Source of the DNA: Colwellia polaris
Lineage (GTDB): Archaea; Nanohalarchaeota; Nanosalinia; Nanosalinales; Nanosalinaceae
Assembly (NCBI GenBank): GCA_047617785.1
Contig: JBLGBK010000001.1
Location: 32,001-96,000 of the forward strand
Reading direction: 5' to 3'
Length of the DNA stretch: 64,000 nt
Positions 18,603-29,000 of this stretch are shown here, in pieces. Position numbers and translations under genes: made by a program. Positions within the stretch are counted from its first letter, which is position 1; each line of letters opens with the position of its first letter. The notes under the pieces are model-generated. The model did not search any database, was not told the origin of the DNA, and saw only the letters and a program-made list of their open reading frames with translations.

Positions 18603-19055
18603 CTAAAATACTGCTTTCACGATCATATAGACAACTACTAGCCCTGCACCAATGAATAGTATATATGTCAGCCCTCCAAATACGATGAAAATCAATTCGT
18701 TTATATCCTGGAAAAGCTTCGTAGGAACTAGCATCAATGTCACGGTCAAAGCTATAAGCGTCGCGTACTTGTTTCGCTGTTTCCTTTTAGCCTTTTTATC
18801 CTGAGCCCATTCATCATCAGGGCTTAAAGCAAATTTTAGCGCCTGCTTTAGTCCTATCTGGAAGATGAAAAATATTAGTAGAAACGGAGCAACTAGCTCT
18901 GTAAGCAGCTCAACATTCGATTCATAGTGAGGTATCTGAAAATTCTCATACGGATTGTCAGTTCCTGTCGAGCCATGAAAAGATGCTGCTGCTCCAGAAA
19001 CCATCAACATCAGGAATATGAGACTATAGAAGGCTTTAGAAGTCAAAGTCGTCAT
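18603..19055 (-). CDS. Membrane protein (family member 5)
   Basis: Start MTTLTSK; signal ending AAASFHG; VAPFLLIFFIFQIGLK..NKYATLIAL. Confidence 0.7.
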   Translation of the reverse strand: MTTLTSKAFYSLIFLMLMVSGAAASFHGSTGTDNPYENFQIPHYESNVELLTELVAPFLLIFFIFQIGLKQALKFALSPDDEWAQDKKAKRKQRNKYATLIALTVTLMLVPTKLFQDINELIFIVFGGLTYILFIGAGLVVVYMIVKAVF

Positions 19056-19302
19056 CTCCCATGTCACCTCCCATATCAGCATCCATACCGCCACCGCCGC
19101 TTCTGATATGTTGGAGATACGTAGGAAGCATCTCATCAATAATAAATCCTGCAAGCAAACCAGTAGCGGCTGCAACCGCATATTCTCCTGCAAATGGCTG
19201 TAATCCAACCATCTTTGCAAATGACTCTCCCGTCACGCTAGCAGCAGCTAGTCCGGATGCGGCGGAAGCGGGGAAGGCTAAGAATTTCCAGGGATCGTTC
19301 AT
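19036..19302 (-). CDS. Small Ala/Gly-rich membrane protein with acidic tail
   Basis: 88 aa; TGLLAGFII helix; GGGGMDADMGGDMGDDDFDF tail. Confidence 0.7.
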   Translation of the reverse strand: MNDPWKFLAFPASAASGLAAASVTGESFAKMVGLQPFAGEYAVAAATGLLAGFIIDEMLPTYLQHIRSGGGGMDADMGGDMGDDDFDF

Positions 19303-19386
19303 GTAGTACTATTCCCTTAACATAAATTTAAATATAAATTATCGACAGGTCTTCAAAGAAGAGATAAAGGAAACATGTAGGACTGC

Positions 19387-19929
19387 TTACTGAGGTGATT
19401 GCGTACCCTTCAACAGTTTCTTTATTGAGACCAAAGTTTGATCTGCTTGACTTTGGTGCTCATCTACTTGCTGAATAATCTTGGCAGTCTCCTGCATATC
19501 ATTTTCAGCGATTTTCTCATGCTCAATCTCTCCTTTAATACGTTTCTCAATATCAGAAATCTCGTTTTCTAGACTTTCAGCTTCTGATAATGCAGAATCA
19601 AGGTCCTCTCGCAGCCTATTTATCTCCTGCTGAACCTGATCATTATTATTTCCTCTCAAATCGTCCCATAGACTCTTAGACTGTTGTTGAGCTTTCTTCT
19701 CCTTTAAATCAGAAACTATCTCGCCAATTTCCTTTTCTTTCGCCTTTAAATCCTCAAGTTTTTGCTCGGCGTCTTCGGCTTCCTCAACAACTGTGTGATC
19801 CATCTGTATAGTCTTCTTCATCTCCTCGATTTCTTCCTTGGAGTCCTTTATAATCTGCTCTAATTCTTTTTTCTCTTCATTTTCTCTTCCTATTGCCGAA
19901 TTAATCGTACCCATAACATCTCGATCCAT
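19387..19929 (-). CDS. Acidic coiled-coil protein
   Basis: 180 aa heptad-rich; GAGGT RBS. Confidence 0.75.
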   Translation of the reverse strand: MDRDVMGTINSAIGRENEEKKELEQIIKDSKEEIEEMKKTIQMDHTVVEEAEDAEQKLEDLKAKEKEIGEIVSDLKEKKAQQQSKSLWDDLRGNNNDQVQQEINRLREDLDSALSEAESLENEISDIEKRIKGEIEHEKIAENDMQETAKIIQQVDEHQSQADQTLVSIKKLLKGTQSPQ

Positions 19930-19982
19930 AATTGTAACCTCTTAGTGAAACTTACCAAATCACGCCTTATAAAGATTTTCTA

Positions 19983-20219
19983 TCAAGAATTACGAAATTT
20001 TCCAAGTCTTTCTAGCGTTTCCAGAATACCCCATGCGTAGATTACCGATTCCCATGCACGTATATAGTCTTCTTCCTCAAGAAAGTGAGAGGTATCATCA
20101 CGGTAGGCGAGGACATTCTCCATCTGTTCTACATCTTTATCTCTGTCTTCAAGCCTACCTTCAAGGCGTTCCAACCATTTCTCTGTTTCTTGTTTAAGCT
20201 TTTCCTGTGTCTTGTTCAT
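19983..20219 (-). CDS. DUF357 family protein
   Basis: AYRDDTSHFLEEEDYIRAWESVIYAWGILE; usual neighbour of dph5. Confidence 0.85.
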   Translation of the reverse strand: MNKTQEKLKQETEKWLERLEGRLEDRDKDVEQMENVLAYRDDTSHFLEEEDYIRAWESVIYAWGILETLERLGKFRNS

Positions 20220-20914
20220 CGGAAGTCTTCCAAGTTTTCTTCTTCGACGTGCGAGGTTTCGCCTATTATTATAATTGAATGAGGAGGTTCACCGGAAGCA
20301 GAAAGTTCTCCAAGTTCTCCGACCTGAACCGATTGACTGTCAAGATTAGAGCGCTCAAAGAAAACAGCTTCAGCCTTTTCTAAGTCAGAGTCCATCTCGA
20401 TCAGTTTCTCCGCCGCTTCATCAGCAGAGTAATCGATATCAAGCAGAACCAGCGTGTGAAGCCCTATTGAATCGTTCTTCTCGATATAATCAGTTATAGA
20501 GCCTGGTTTCATGTTTTTAGGAAGAGTAACTGTTCTTCCAAACTTGTATATACTGAGGCCTGTTTCAGCAATACCTGTGAAGATTGACGGCGCGTGCACT
20601 ACATTTGTTTCCAACCCCTGTTTTTCTGCACGTCTTTTGATATCAAAGTGTGTTGTGGCGGTTAATGCATCGCCGGAAACTAGGAAGGCTGTTTCTTGTT
20701 CTTTCGCTGATTCAACTATTTTGTCTTCTTGCTCCACTTGCTCACGTGTAAGCTTCTCAATCTCTTTACCCTTCTTTTCTTCGATCTTTTGCAAATCTAC
20801 TGTCTCCGTGTTAGTATAGAACTCTGCAAATACTTTTTCTGAGTTTTCTATAGCATTCAGTCCTTTTACAGTTATTTCATCGTTGTCAAGCCCTAGGCCT
20901 ATGAGGTGGAGCAT
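20216..20914 (-). CDS. dph5: Diphthine synthase
   Basis: LIGLGL, AEFYT, LVSGDALTATTH, YKFGRTVT, GLHTLVLLD. Confidence 0.95.
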   Translation of the reverse strand: MLHLIGLGLDNDEITVKGLNAIENSEKVFAEFYTNTETVDLQKIEEKKGKEIEKLTREQVEQEDKIVESAKEQETAFLVSGDALTATTHFDIKRRAEKQGLETNVVHAPSIFTGIAETGLSIYKFGRTVTLPKNMKPGSITDYIEKNDSIGLHTLVLLDIDYSADEAAEKLIEMDSDLEKAEAVFFERSNLDSQSVQVGELGELSASGEPPHSIIIIGETSHVEEENLEDFR

Positions 20915-20974
20915 TATAGATTTAATCAGTTATGTAACTGTTTTTAATTAGTTGGAGCGAAGAGGTTTTACACA

Positions 20975-21994
20975 TTGAACCAGGAAAAAATTGAGGAAAA
21001 AGCAGCAGGACTTTTCGAAAGACAAGGATTCGAAGTCGAAAAGAGCAGTAATAGGTTCAGCGCTGTAAAAGATAAAAACAAATTAGAGTTTCAGGTTTTC
21101 TCCTCAGAAAAATACAGAATAGAAGATGTTGAAGAGAAGGCGGAGGATGTAAACACCGTTTTCGTTGATGAGGAATTGAAGGATATCGATGTTGAAGGTA
21201 AAGTATCAGTTCTGAAAGATGAAGAAAATAGTAAAGATTACGATCTGCCTAGTTTCGAGTTAATCGGCGATATAGCGGTTATAAACGATCTTGATGGGCG
21301 GGAGGAGAAAGACGTTGTTGAAGGTATCAAGGAGAATCACCCTCATATTGAAACTATGCTTCTTAAGGAGGAACAACTTTCTGGAGAGTTCCGTGTAGGA
21401 GAGTACAGAAAACTTTACGGAGAGAGTACAGAAACAGTGCATACCGAGTTCGGAGTTGATATCAAGGTCGATCCGACAAAAACATATTATTCAGAGCGTT
21501 TCTCAACGGAGAGAAGACGTGTAGCTAAGCAGATAGGGTCAGGAGATAAGGTTCTTGTAATGTTTGCTGGCGTCGGACCGTTCGCATTGATCGCTGCAAA
21601 ACATTCAGAAGCAGAAAAAATAGTTGCAGTTGAGAAAAATCCTGAAGCCTGCGAATACCTGAAAGAAAACATAGAGTTAAACAACTATGAGAGCAGGATA
21701 GAAGGCTATTGCGGAGATGTAGAGAATATTCTGCCAGAATTGAATAAGAAGTTCGATCATATAGTAATGCCTCTACCAGGAAAGGCCAATGAATTCCTAA
21801 AGATAGCAGAAAAAGCTGCCTCAGAAAATGCAACGATACATTACTATCGTTTCATGGAAGAAGATAGAGAGGAACAGCTAAGAGCAGAGATCAGCGATAT
21901 CCTGGATAGAGGTTTCAGCATCAAGGGAATCGTGGAATGTGGTGAGAAAAGTCCTTCTACCAAAAGAGTTTGTGTCGATATAGAACTCGAATAG
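20975..21994 (+). CDS. trm5: tRNA (guanine37-N1)-methyltransferase, Trm5/Met-10 family
   Basis: FELIGDIA, GEFRV, YYSERFSTER, MFAGVGPF, EKNPEA, VMPLP. Confidence 0.85.
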   Translation: MNQEKIEEKAAGLFERQGFEVEKSSNRFSAVKDKNKLEFQVFSSEKYRIEDVEEKAEDVNTVFVDEELKDIDVEGKVSVLKDEENSKDYDLPSFELIGDIAVINDLDGREEKDVVEGIKENHPHIETMLLKEEQLSGEFRVGEYRKLYGESTETVHTEFGVDIKVDPTKTYYSERFSTERRRVAKQIGSGDKVLVMFAGVGPFALIAAKHSEAEKIVAVEKNPEACEYLKENIELNNYESRIEGYCGDVENILPELNKKFDHIVMPLPGKANEFLKIAEKAASENATIHYYRFMEEDREEQLRAEISDILDRGFSIKGIVECGEKSPSTKRVCVDIELE

Positions 21995-22042
21995 AAATAA
22001 AAAGCTTGGCTCAAATAGTTGTTATCAAGAGGTAATTACAAA

Positions 22043-22618
22043 ATGGCAACTAGACGCGAGATTCTAGCCGGAGTAGGTTTGGCAGTCGGCGGAGGAACAG
22101 TGGCTCTTGCAGGCGATCACGTAGCAGAAAATTACAAGTTACAAGACCCAATTGACATAGACCTAAGATCTCCATTAACAAAGAAGCGAGATAATGGAAA
22201 AACCCCTGTAGATAACCACTCTGATTTTGAAGGTGGTGATCCACCAAGTAACGTCGAAGATGGCGACAACAATGGTAACGGGGAGCGCTACGAAGACGAC
22301 GACAGCGACTCTACTCCATGGTTCGAGACGTATGACGTAGGGGACTTCACAGAAGACCTGTATAACGAATCTGATTATTCAGTTGCAGTCACAAACGACT
22401 TCCTGCTTGATGCCTACGAAGAAGGAGGCGAAGAAATATACAGAGCATTAGTCGAAGATGACGAACTAAAAGTAAATGACAGTGGCCCAGCGCACCTCTA
22501 CAACGACACTCCCGGACTAGGATACTCCGAAGATTTTGGAGGCAAAGTAGAGACGCTAAGCAGAGAGGACGAATTAGAAGAGCTTCTCGAAGACTACGTC
22601 GAAGAAGAATTAGGATAA
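22043..22618 (+). CDS. Acidic exported protein with twin-arginine-like signal
   Basis: MATRREILAGVGLAVGGGTVALAG; GAGGT RBS before ATG 22043. Confidence 0.7.
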   Translation: MATRREILAGVGLAVGGGTVALAGDHVAENYKLQDPIDIDLRSPLTKKRDNGKTPVDNHSDFEGGDPPSNVEDGDNNGNGERYEDDDSDSTPWFETYDVGDFTEDLYNESDYSVAVTNDFLLDAYEEGGEEIYRALVEDDELKVNDSGPAHLYNDTPGLGYSEDFGGKVETLSREDELEELLEDYVEEELG

Positions 22619-22730
22619 ATTCTTCTGCACCACAAACATATTTTTACTACATTTTCTTTCCTTAATTTCTAGCCACTATAGACAACGAATATAAAATTTA
22701 GAGCCTGTTATTAGACTTGAGTGATAAATA

Positions 22731-23738
22731 ATGCCACTAGGTAGATTGATTTTTGGGCAAGGCGGATTAATTGCTATGGACAAAGCCGGGAAAGCTGCCG
22801 AAAGACTTGCAGAATATCTTGAAGACGAACAGTATGATTCTGTCAGAGTGGATAGACACACAATTGATAGACCTGGCTCTTCCGAGGAAGACTATAGCGA
22901 AACCAATCTAATACCTAAAGAAACATATGATACTGTTTTCATACCCGAAGGACAGGAGCCAGGTTTAGTTCCTGTAGAAAACTATACTATTTTTAGTCAA
23001 AACCCTGAAGAAAACAATAAAGGAGGTGACAATATCATGACAGAACTTGAAAGCGACTATTTCCAAGAACGTGGAGCATCCGCAGTAGAAGCAATAGAAG
23101 GCGACTCCGCAGACGATTACAGCGATGAAGAACTTGAAGCATACGGTGTTGCTCTAGATCTCTGGCTAGCAGAGAACGGACAAATTGAAGAAGTTTCAGA
23201 CGGAGACCTTGCAGCTTACGCTCAAGATCAAGGGCTTCTGACAGAAGTAATGGCTGCCAAAGAAACATATCAAGACCATCTCAACCTCGATGGAGCATAT
23301 GAAGAGCTCCTAGATCAGACGGAAGAACGAACAGGAGACGCTGGACACGCAGTAATCGAAGTACAGCAGCTAGAGTACTTTGTTGACCGTATGTCCGAAG
23401 GAACAGAAAGAGTAGCACAGGCTCACGAAGAAACAGAACCAACCTATGAGCTACTACGAGAAACTCTCTCAAGCGGTGCAGACACTATCGACACAGCTGT
23501 TGACCGACTACTATCCGCAGGAGAATCCAAAGGAGTAGACATGGGTCGACCAGAAGATTTAGAAACAGACATAGAGTATCTTCAGATCCTAAACCAGTCA
23601 ATTGACGATGCTGAAGAAGAACTAGAGAACAGACAGGAAGATGGAGAAGATATAGATTTTGAAAGACTCAGACGGCTCGAGGAGCGAACACAAGACAGAA
23701 AAGGAATGGGAGAATCTCTAGATCGACTTGAAGATTAA
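22731..23738 (+). CDS. Acidic helical hypothetical protein (strong internal start at 23037)
   Basis: 335 aa ORF; GGAGGTGA RBS before in-frame ATG 23037. Confidence 0.7.
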   Translation: MPLGRLIFGQGGLIAMDKAGKAAERLAEYLEDEQYDSVRVDRHTIDRPGSSEEDYSETNLIPKETYDTVFIPEGQEPGLVPVENYTIFSQNPEENNKGGDNIMTELESDYFQERGASAVEAIEGDSADDYSDEELEAYGVALDLWLAENGQIEEVSDGDLAAYAQDQGLLTEVMAAKETYQDHLNLDGAYEELLDQTEERTGDAGHAVIEVQQLEYFVDRMSEGTERVAQAHEETEPTYELLRETLSSGADTIDTAVDRLLSAGESKGVDMGRPEDLETDIEYLQILNQSIDDAEEELENRQEDGEDIDFERLRRLEERTQDRKGMGESLDRLED

Positions 23739-23839
23739 AAACCAGTTCTGCTCCTTTTTCTCTATATTTTTTACAAAACATTGTACCGGGAAAAATACCC
23801 ACACAAAAATAATTTAACTTTTACTACTCATGAATAACT

Positions 23840-24493
23840 ATGAGCTCTGACAATTCAGATCCTATAGACGACTTATATGACGAGACTGTAGATCAGACAG
23901 AAGAACGTGAGAGCTTAGCAGGAAGACTTCTTGAGAGATATAAAGGATACAGAGAAGGACTCTCCGAAGGCGGCATTAGCATCCAACAGACAGGTCTCAT
24001 AAATATTGCTCGAATAGGAGACGATAGAGAAGAAACAACAGAAAGTCAAGAAGAAACTGGAGAGACACCAACCCGAAGAGACTTTATGAACGGCGTCAAA
24101 AAGACAGGTCTTTTACTTGCAGGCGGTGCAGCAGCCGGAGGAGCCGGAGCAGCAGTATGGGAGGCTTTTGACGAGGACGAAGACACAATATATAATATAG
24201 TCAACAACTACGAAGACGGAGAAGATTCTCCTCCACCATTATACACAGAGTCCTTAGACTACAGAAGCGAACTTGTAGTAGAACAGTTCTTCCAAGATAA
24301 TGAGGGCGCTCTAGGAAGAGAACTCACTCCCGGAGATATAGAAATTGGAGAGAACTATTTCGAAGGAGATTTCGAGAACGGTGAAAGGCTAAATTATGAA
24401 GAAGAGAACAGCTTCAACGAAGAAGAAGTCAAATACATGAATTCTATTGAAGATGAAGAGGATTTAGAGCACGCATTCAACCCACTTTTCTAG
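23840..24493 (+). CDS. Acidic protein with internal twin-arginine-like motif and TM
   Basis: TRRDFMNGVKKTGLLLAGGAAAGGAGAAVW at ~aa 78. Confidence 0.7.
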   Translation: MSSDNSDPIDDLYDETVDQTEERESLAGRLLERYKGYREGLSEGGISIQQTGLINIARIGDDREETTESQEETGETPTRRDFMNGVKKTGLLLAGGAAAGGAGAAVWEAFDEDEDTIYNIVNNYEDGEDSPPPLYTESLDYRSELVVEQFFQDNEGALGRELTPGDIEIGENYFEGDFENGERLNYEEENSFNEEEVKYMNSIEDEEDLEHAFNPLF

Positions 24494-24577
24494 AGTTTTT
24501 ACTCACGAGTAACAAAAGGTATTTAAAGGTTGGCGCTCCAGTTAGTACTACAATACTACAACAGGTGAATAACTAAA

Positions 24578-25933
24578 ATGTCAACCAGCGGAAGCGGAAG
24601 TCCAGGATCTAGCAGCACAGGAAGCTCCGGATCCTCATCATCAATAAACCTAACAAGAAGAAAAGTACTTGGCGGGATCGGTGCAGCAGGCGGCGCAGCA
24701 GTCGGAGGATGGCTACTGTCTCGAGATTCAGATATACCAGGATATGAAGATCAATCGGAATTCGACGAACACACAAGAGTTCTTCAAGAAGCTGAGAAAC
24801 AGCTAGCAGAAGTAAGTAATGAATACGATAATATTCAGAACAAAGAGCTAAGCGATCTGCTTCAAGGAGAAACAATGCGTGTAGGCCAGTCAACAGAACT
24901 GAACAGCACCAACTTCTTCGATGCAGACAGTCATGACCTGACTTATTCTGAGAACCCCTCATCCACAGGAGGAGAACTACCTAACGACGTAGTCCAAGAT
25001 CCTGCGTACATGCTATCCTTCGAAGGAGAAGGAAGCACATTCGAGATAGTAAACGGTGATGGAGACACAGAGGCATCAGAACAGCGATTTACGGCCTTTG
25101 ATGGAACAGACATAGGCCTGGACTTCGAGAGCGATATTGTTGAAGAATACGGGATGCAGATTGAAAGCGACATAGAAGCAGCTCAGAACGCATTTAAAGG
25201 CGCACAAGGCGCAAGAGTGATGGTTCCAACAACACTCTCAACTCAACAGCCAGTAGTCAATCCGGCGACACTTGAATCAGCTCTAGACGATATAGAGGAA
25301 CTCGAAGAAGATCTAGAAAACACCTACGAAGAAGCAGTAAGCAAAGGAATGGAAATCGACCAATACCAGAATGAACTAACAAACGGTCTCGAAGATGCAG
25401 AAAAGAGAAAAGGAGTCTTCGGAGTCAGCGCATTCGGTGGCGGCGTAGAAGACAAACAACAGGCAGAACAGCTACTCGAAAGAACTAACGAACTCAACAC
25501 CGAGTACCAAGACTTCACCACCAATGTTGCAGCCAACCTTGCTGAAACCAGAGTAATGAAGGAAGCAGTAAGCAGAGCTTACAACCGATCTGAAGAGATT
25601 TTCAACAATTCAGAGTACAGCAGCATCTTCCAAGAAGTCGAAGTTGAAGGAGAAGACATGACCGGAGTCAAGCTCGGCGAAGTTAGAAACTGGGATTCAA
25701 TCGACAACCAAGCAATGGGCGACGACAACTATCTCCAAGGCGAAGCTGATGACCTAGGACTAGATGCAAACGAAACAGGAAAAATGGTCGTAGTCTACGA
25801 TGGAGAAGATACTTATCTCGCTAACCCAGAAAACGGCGAGTACACAGAATCACACCTACCAGACGGACCTGACGGTCAAGATCTGTTCGAAGACATCAGC
25901 GACGGCGTCTACGACGGATCACTTGAAGGCTAA
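24578..25933 (+). CDS. Acidic exported protein with twin-arginine-like signal and coiled coil
   Basis: LTRRKVLGGIGAAGGAAVGGWLL; AGGTGA RBS. Confidence 0.75.
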   Translation: MSTSGSGSPGSSSTGSSGSSSSINLTRRKVLGGIGAAGGAAVGGWLLSRDSDIPGYEDQSEFDEHTRVLQEAEKQLAEVSNEYDNIQNKELSDLLQGETMRVGQSTELNSTNFFDADSHDLTYSENPSSTGGELPNDVVQDPAYMLSFEGEGSTFEIVNGDGDTEASEQRFTAFDGTDIGLDFESDIVEEYGMQIESDIEAAQNAFKGAQGARVMVPTTLSTQQPVVNPATLESALDDIEELEEDLENTYEEAVSKGMEIDQYQNELTNGLEDAEKRKGVFGVSAFGGGVEDKQQAEQLLERTNELNTEYQDFTTNVAANLAETRVMKEAVSRAYNRSEEIFNNSEYSSIFQEVEVEGEDMTGVKLGEVRNWDSIDNQAMGDDNYLQGEADDLGLDANETGKMVVVYDGEDTYLANPENGEYTESHLPDGPDGQDLFEDISDGVYDGSLEG

Positions 25934-26010
25934 ACACCTTCACTCTACTTTTTCTTTTTTACGTGAATAAAACAAAATAATCTCTATCACAGCGCGGTGA
26001 AAAAATACTA

Positions 26011-29000
26011 ATGAAAAAACAAATTCTAACAATTCTAACAGCACTCCTTTTCGTAAGCAGTGCAACAGCAGCACAACTAACGGTATATCTAGAAGATAGC
26101 GGAGGCAGCCCTGTAGAACAGGGAACAATTACAGTTGAAGGTATAAACAACAATTTCTACGAAACAAAAGATACTGGCGACGACAGCTACTCCAGCTTCT
26201 TTGACCTCCCTGCAGGAGAAAAATACCAGATTTCAGCAGAAACAGATACATTATCAGGATCTACCGAGAGCGTGGTTAACGATGGAGATGGCGTAACGTT
26301 AACACTTACCGACGACGGGAGCGGTGGAGGAGATCCTGGAAACGAGGGTGATGTATTCAGCATCACAGAAGTAACAGCAAGCAATTTCGAGCCAGAGAAA
26401 GGTGAGGAAACAGAGCTTAGAGCAAATATACAGAACAACTGGGATACTCAGGAAGAAACAACAGTTCAATGGTATGCGGTCGGTAATGGTGAAGAAATTA
26501 ATCTAGGAAGTAGAGGCAAAGACATACAAGGAGGAGAAACAGAAACTCTTAGAAGATCAATATCATGGCAGCAACTAAAAGACAAAGGGCTAGAAGTAGG
26601 AAACAAATACGATCTCAAAGCAACAGCAGCAGACAATACAGGAGAAATCATAGATGAGAGAACAGGAGATACTGCTTACATTGAACTTCAGCCGTACGAA
26701 CTAGCAGATCTTAAGGTTTACGTAGATGATGAAAACGGAAATACGGTTAATGACCCAAAGGTAATCGTAAGCAGCGCAACTTTTTCAAAGACTATAGATA
26801 ACCAAAACAACCCTGAATTCGAAAATCTGGAACCAGGCTCCTACGGAATTGACGTTGAAAAATCCGGCTACCAGACTGTAGAGAGAACCGTAGAGCTGGA
26901 ATCGGGTCAGAACGAGGAACGCTTCACTCTTGAATCAACTGATAGCAATAACCCTGTAGAGATATCGGAATATGGTGCAGATTATCGTGGTTCCGGAAAA
27001 GTGCGTTTCAATCTGAAACTGAACCAGGACGTAGATAATGATTACAGCTGCAGAGTAAGCGAAAACAACCAGATTACAGAACGTGATACACAGGAAAACA
27101 ATGGCGGAATCATGGAAAAAGTTTCAGGAAGCAACAAACGTTTCAGAGTCGATCTATACTTCGAGGAAGGAGACTACACTCGATACCTAGGCTGCATGAA
27201 TGAGAATGGCGAACAGATTACAGACGCCAAAAAAGTAGAATTCTCAGTAGATTTAGATGATGACATATCTGTTTCACCAAACTACCCAATCAACAACGAC
27301 GAAGTCGAGAACCCTGTAGAATTCTCATGGAATGTAGACAACTCCCAAAACATTGATCTTGAATACGATCTTGAGATAACAGATGATAACGGAGACACCG
27401 TAGAAACAGTAGATGGAATAGATGAAACCACTCATACATTAGATAATGACCTGAAAACTGGAGATTACGAATGGAGTGTAGACGCAATTGATAACAACGG
27501 AGATGTAAGAGATAGTTCAAGCAAGGCCTCATTCAAAGTAGTAGACGATAGCGAGTACGAACTTGAAGCAGATTTCGACTACAGTCCTTCCAGTCCTGAA
27601 GAAGGCGAGGCAGTAGAGTTTGAGTCAACTAGTTCCGGAGATATAGAGGAATGGAACTGGGACTTTGACGATGGAAACGTTGATGAAGGAGAGACCGTAA
27701 CACATACTTTCGATGACGAAGGAGAGTACCTTGTTGAACTTGAAGTTGACGACGGAGAAAACACAGATACAGAGACAAAGCTTGTTGAAGTAGGTCAGCA
27801 AGCCGGTGCATGTAATATTGACGTCGGCGATCTGCATGTTGATCCGGAAAAGATTCCTACTGGAGCAGAAAGCGAAGTCTCAGTAACAGTAGAGAACAAC
27901 GGACAGGAACAAGATATCGTAGTAACCTTCGAAGTCAACAGCGATGAACATAGCGTAGAAGAAGACACTCTGGAAAGCGGAGAAACAGAAGAATACAGCA
28001 TAACAATAAGTCCTGAAGACGATGTTGGTCTCCGAGCAATAGTTGAAACTGATGGCAGCGGCGACAATCCTTGCAGCTACTACAGATGGGATCGAACGGA
28101 CTACCTACCCGTCTACCAGGCTGGTACGAACAACGATGCAACATTCAACTTCAACGTTGAAGATGATGATGGCGACGAACTTGAAAACGTTAGAATAAGA
28201 GGAGAAAATGGAGAAACTTTCACACGTTACACAGATGATGATGGTGAAGCTTCAGCTGACGTTGAAAGAGGTACATACGAGATAACAGCATCCAAACCAG
28301 GCTATGAGTCAGAGACAAAGACACGGACAATCGATAGCGGAGAAACAAAGACAGTTGACTTCACACTTGATAGAAAAGAAGATGCAGAAGACATCGGAGA
28401 ACTATCAATACTGACAGAAGACCTTGACGAAGAACCTATCGAAGATGTACAGATAACCGCAGAAAATGGAGATGATGAAACAGAGTATACTGACGAAAAT
28501 GGTAGAGCATTCTTCTACCTAGAAGAAGGTGACTACACAGTAACAGCAGAGAAAGACGGCTACCACACCCAGACCAGAGATGTAGAGATCGAGGCCGGTG
28601 AAAGAACTCCTGTGCTGTTCAAGATGACAGATGAAGACGAGGACAGCGTAAGGATAACCAACCTCGATTATTCCGATACAGTATGTAGAGGAGACACGCT
28701 AGAAGTAACAGTCTCAATAGCAAACAGCAGAGATTCCGATGAACTAGTAACCTTCCGGGGAGAAGGATTAGGATCAGACTCTAAAAGAAGCGTAGTCACT
28801 AAGAAAGGAGAGACAATAACTCGAATAATGAGATTCACAAACGTACAGGGTTCAGGCAACCAAGATTTCACAATATCAATCGATAACTCTGTACACGACT
28901 TACAGACAGGAACAGTTGAAGTAGAACGCTGCGGATTCGAAGAACCAGATCAGGAGGCCACCGGATTAACAGCCGAAGTAAGTCCACGAACCGTTCAAGT

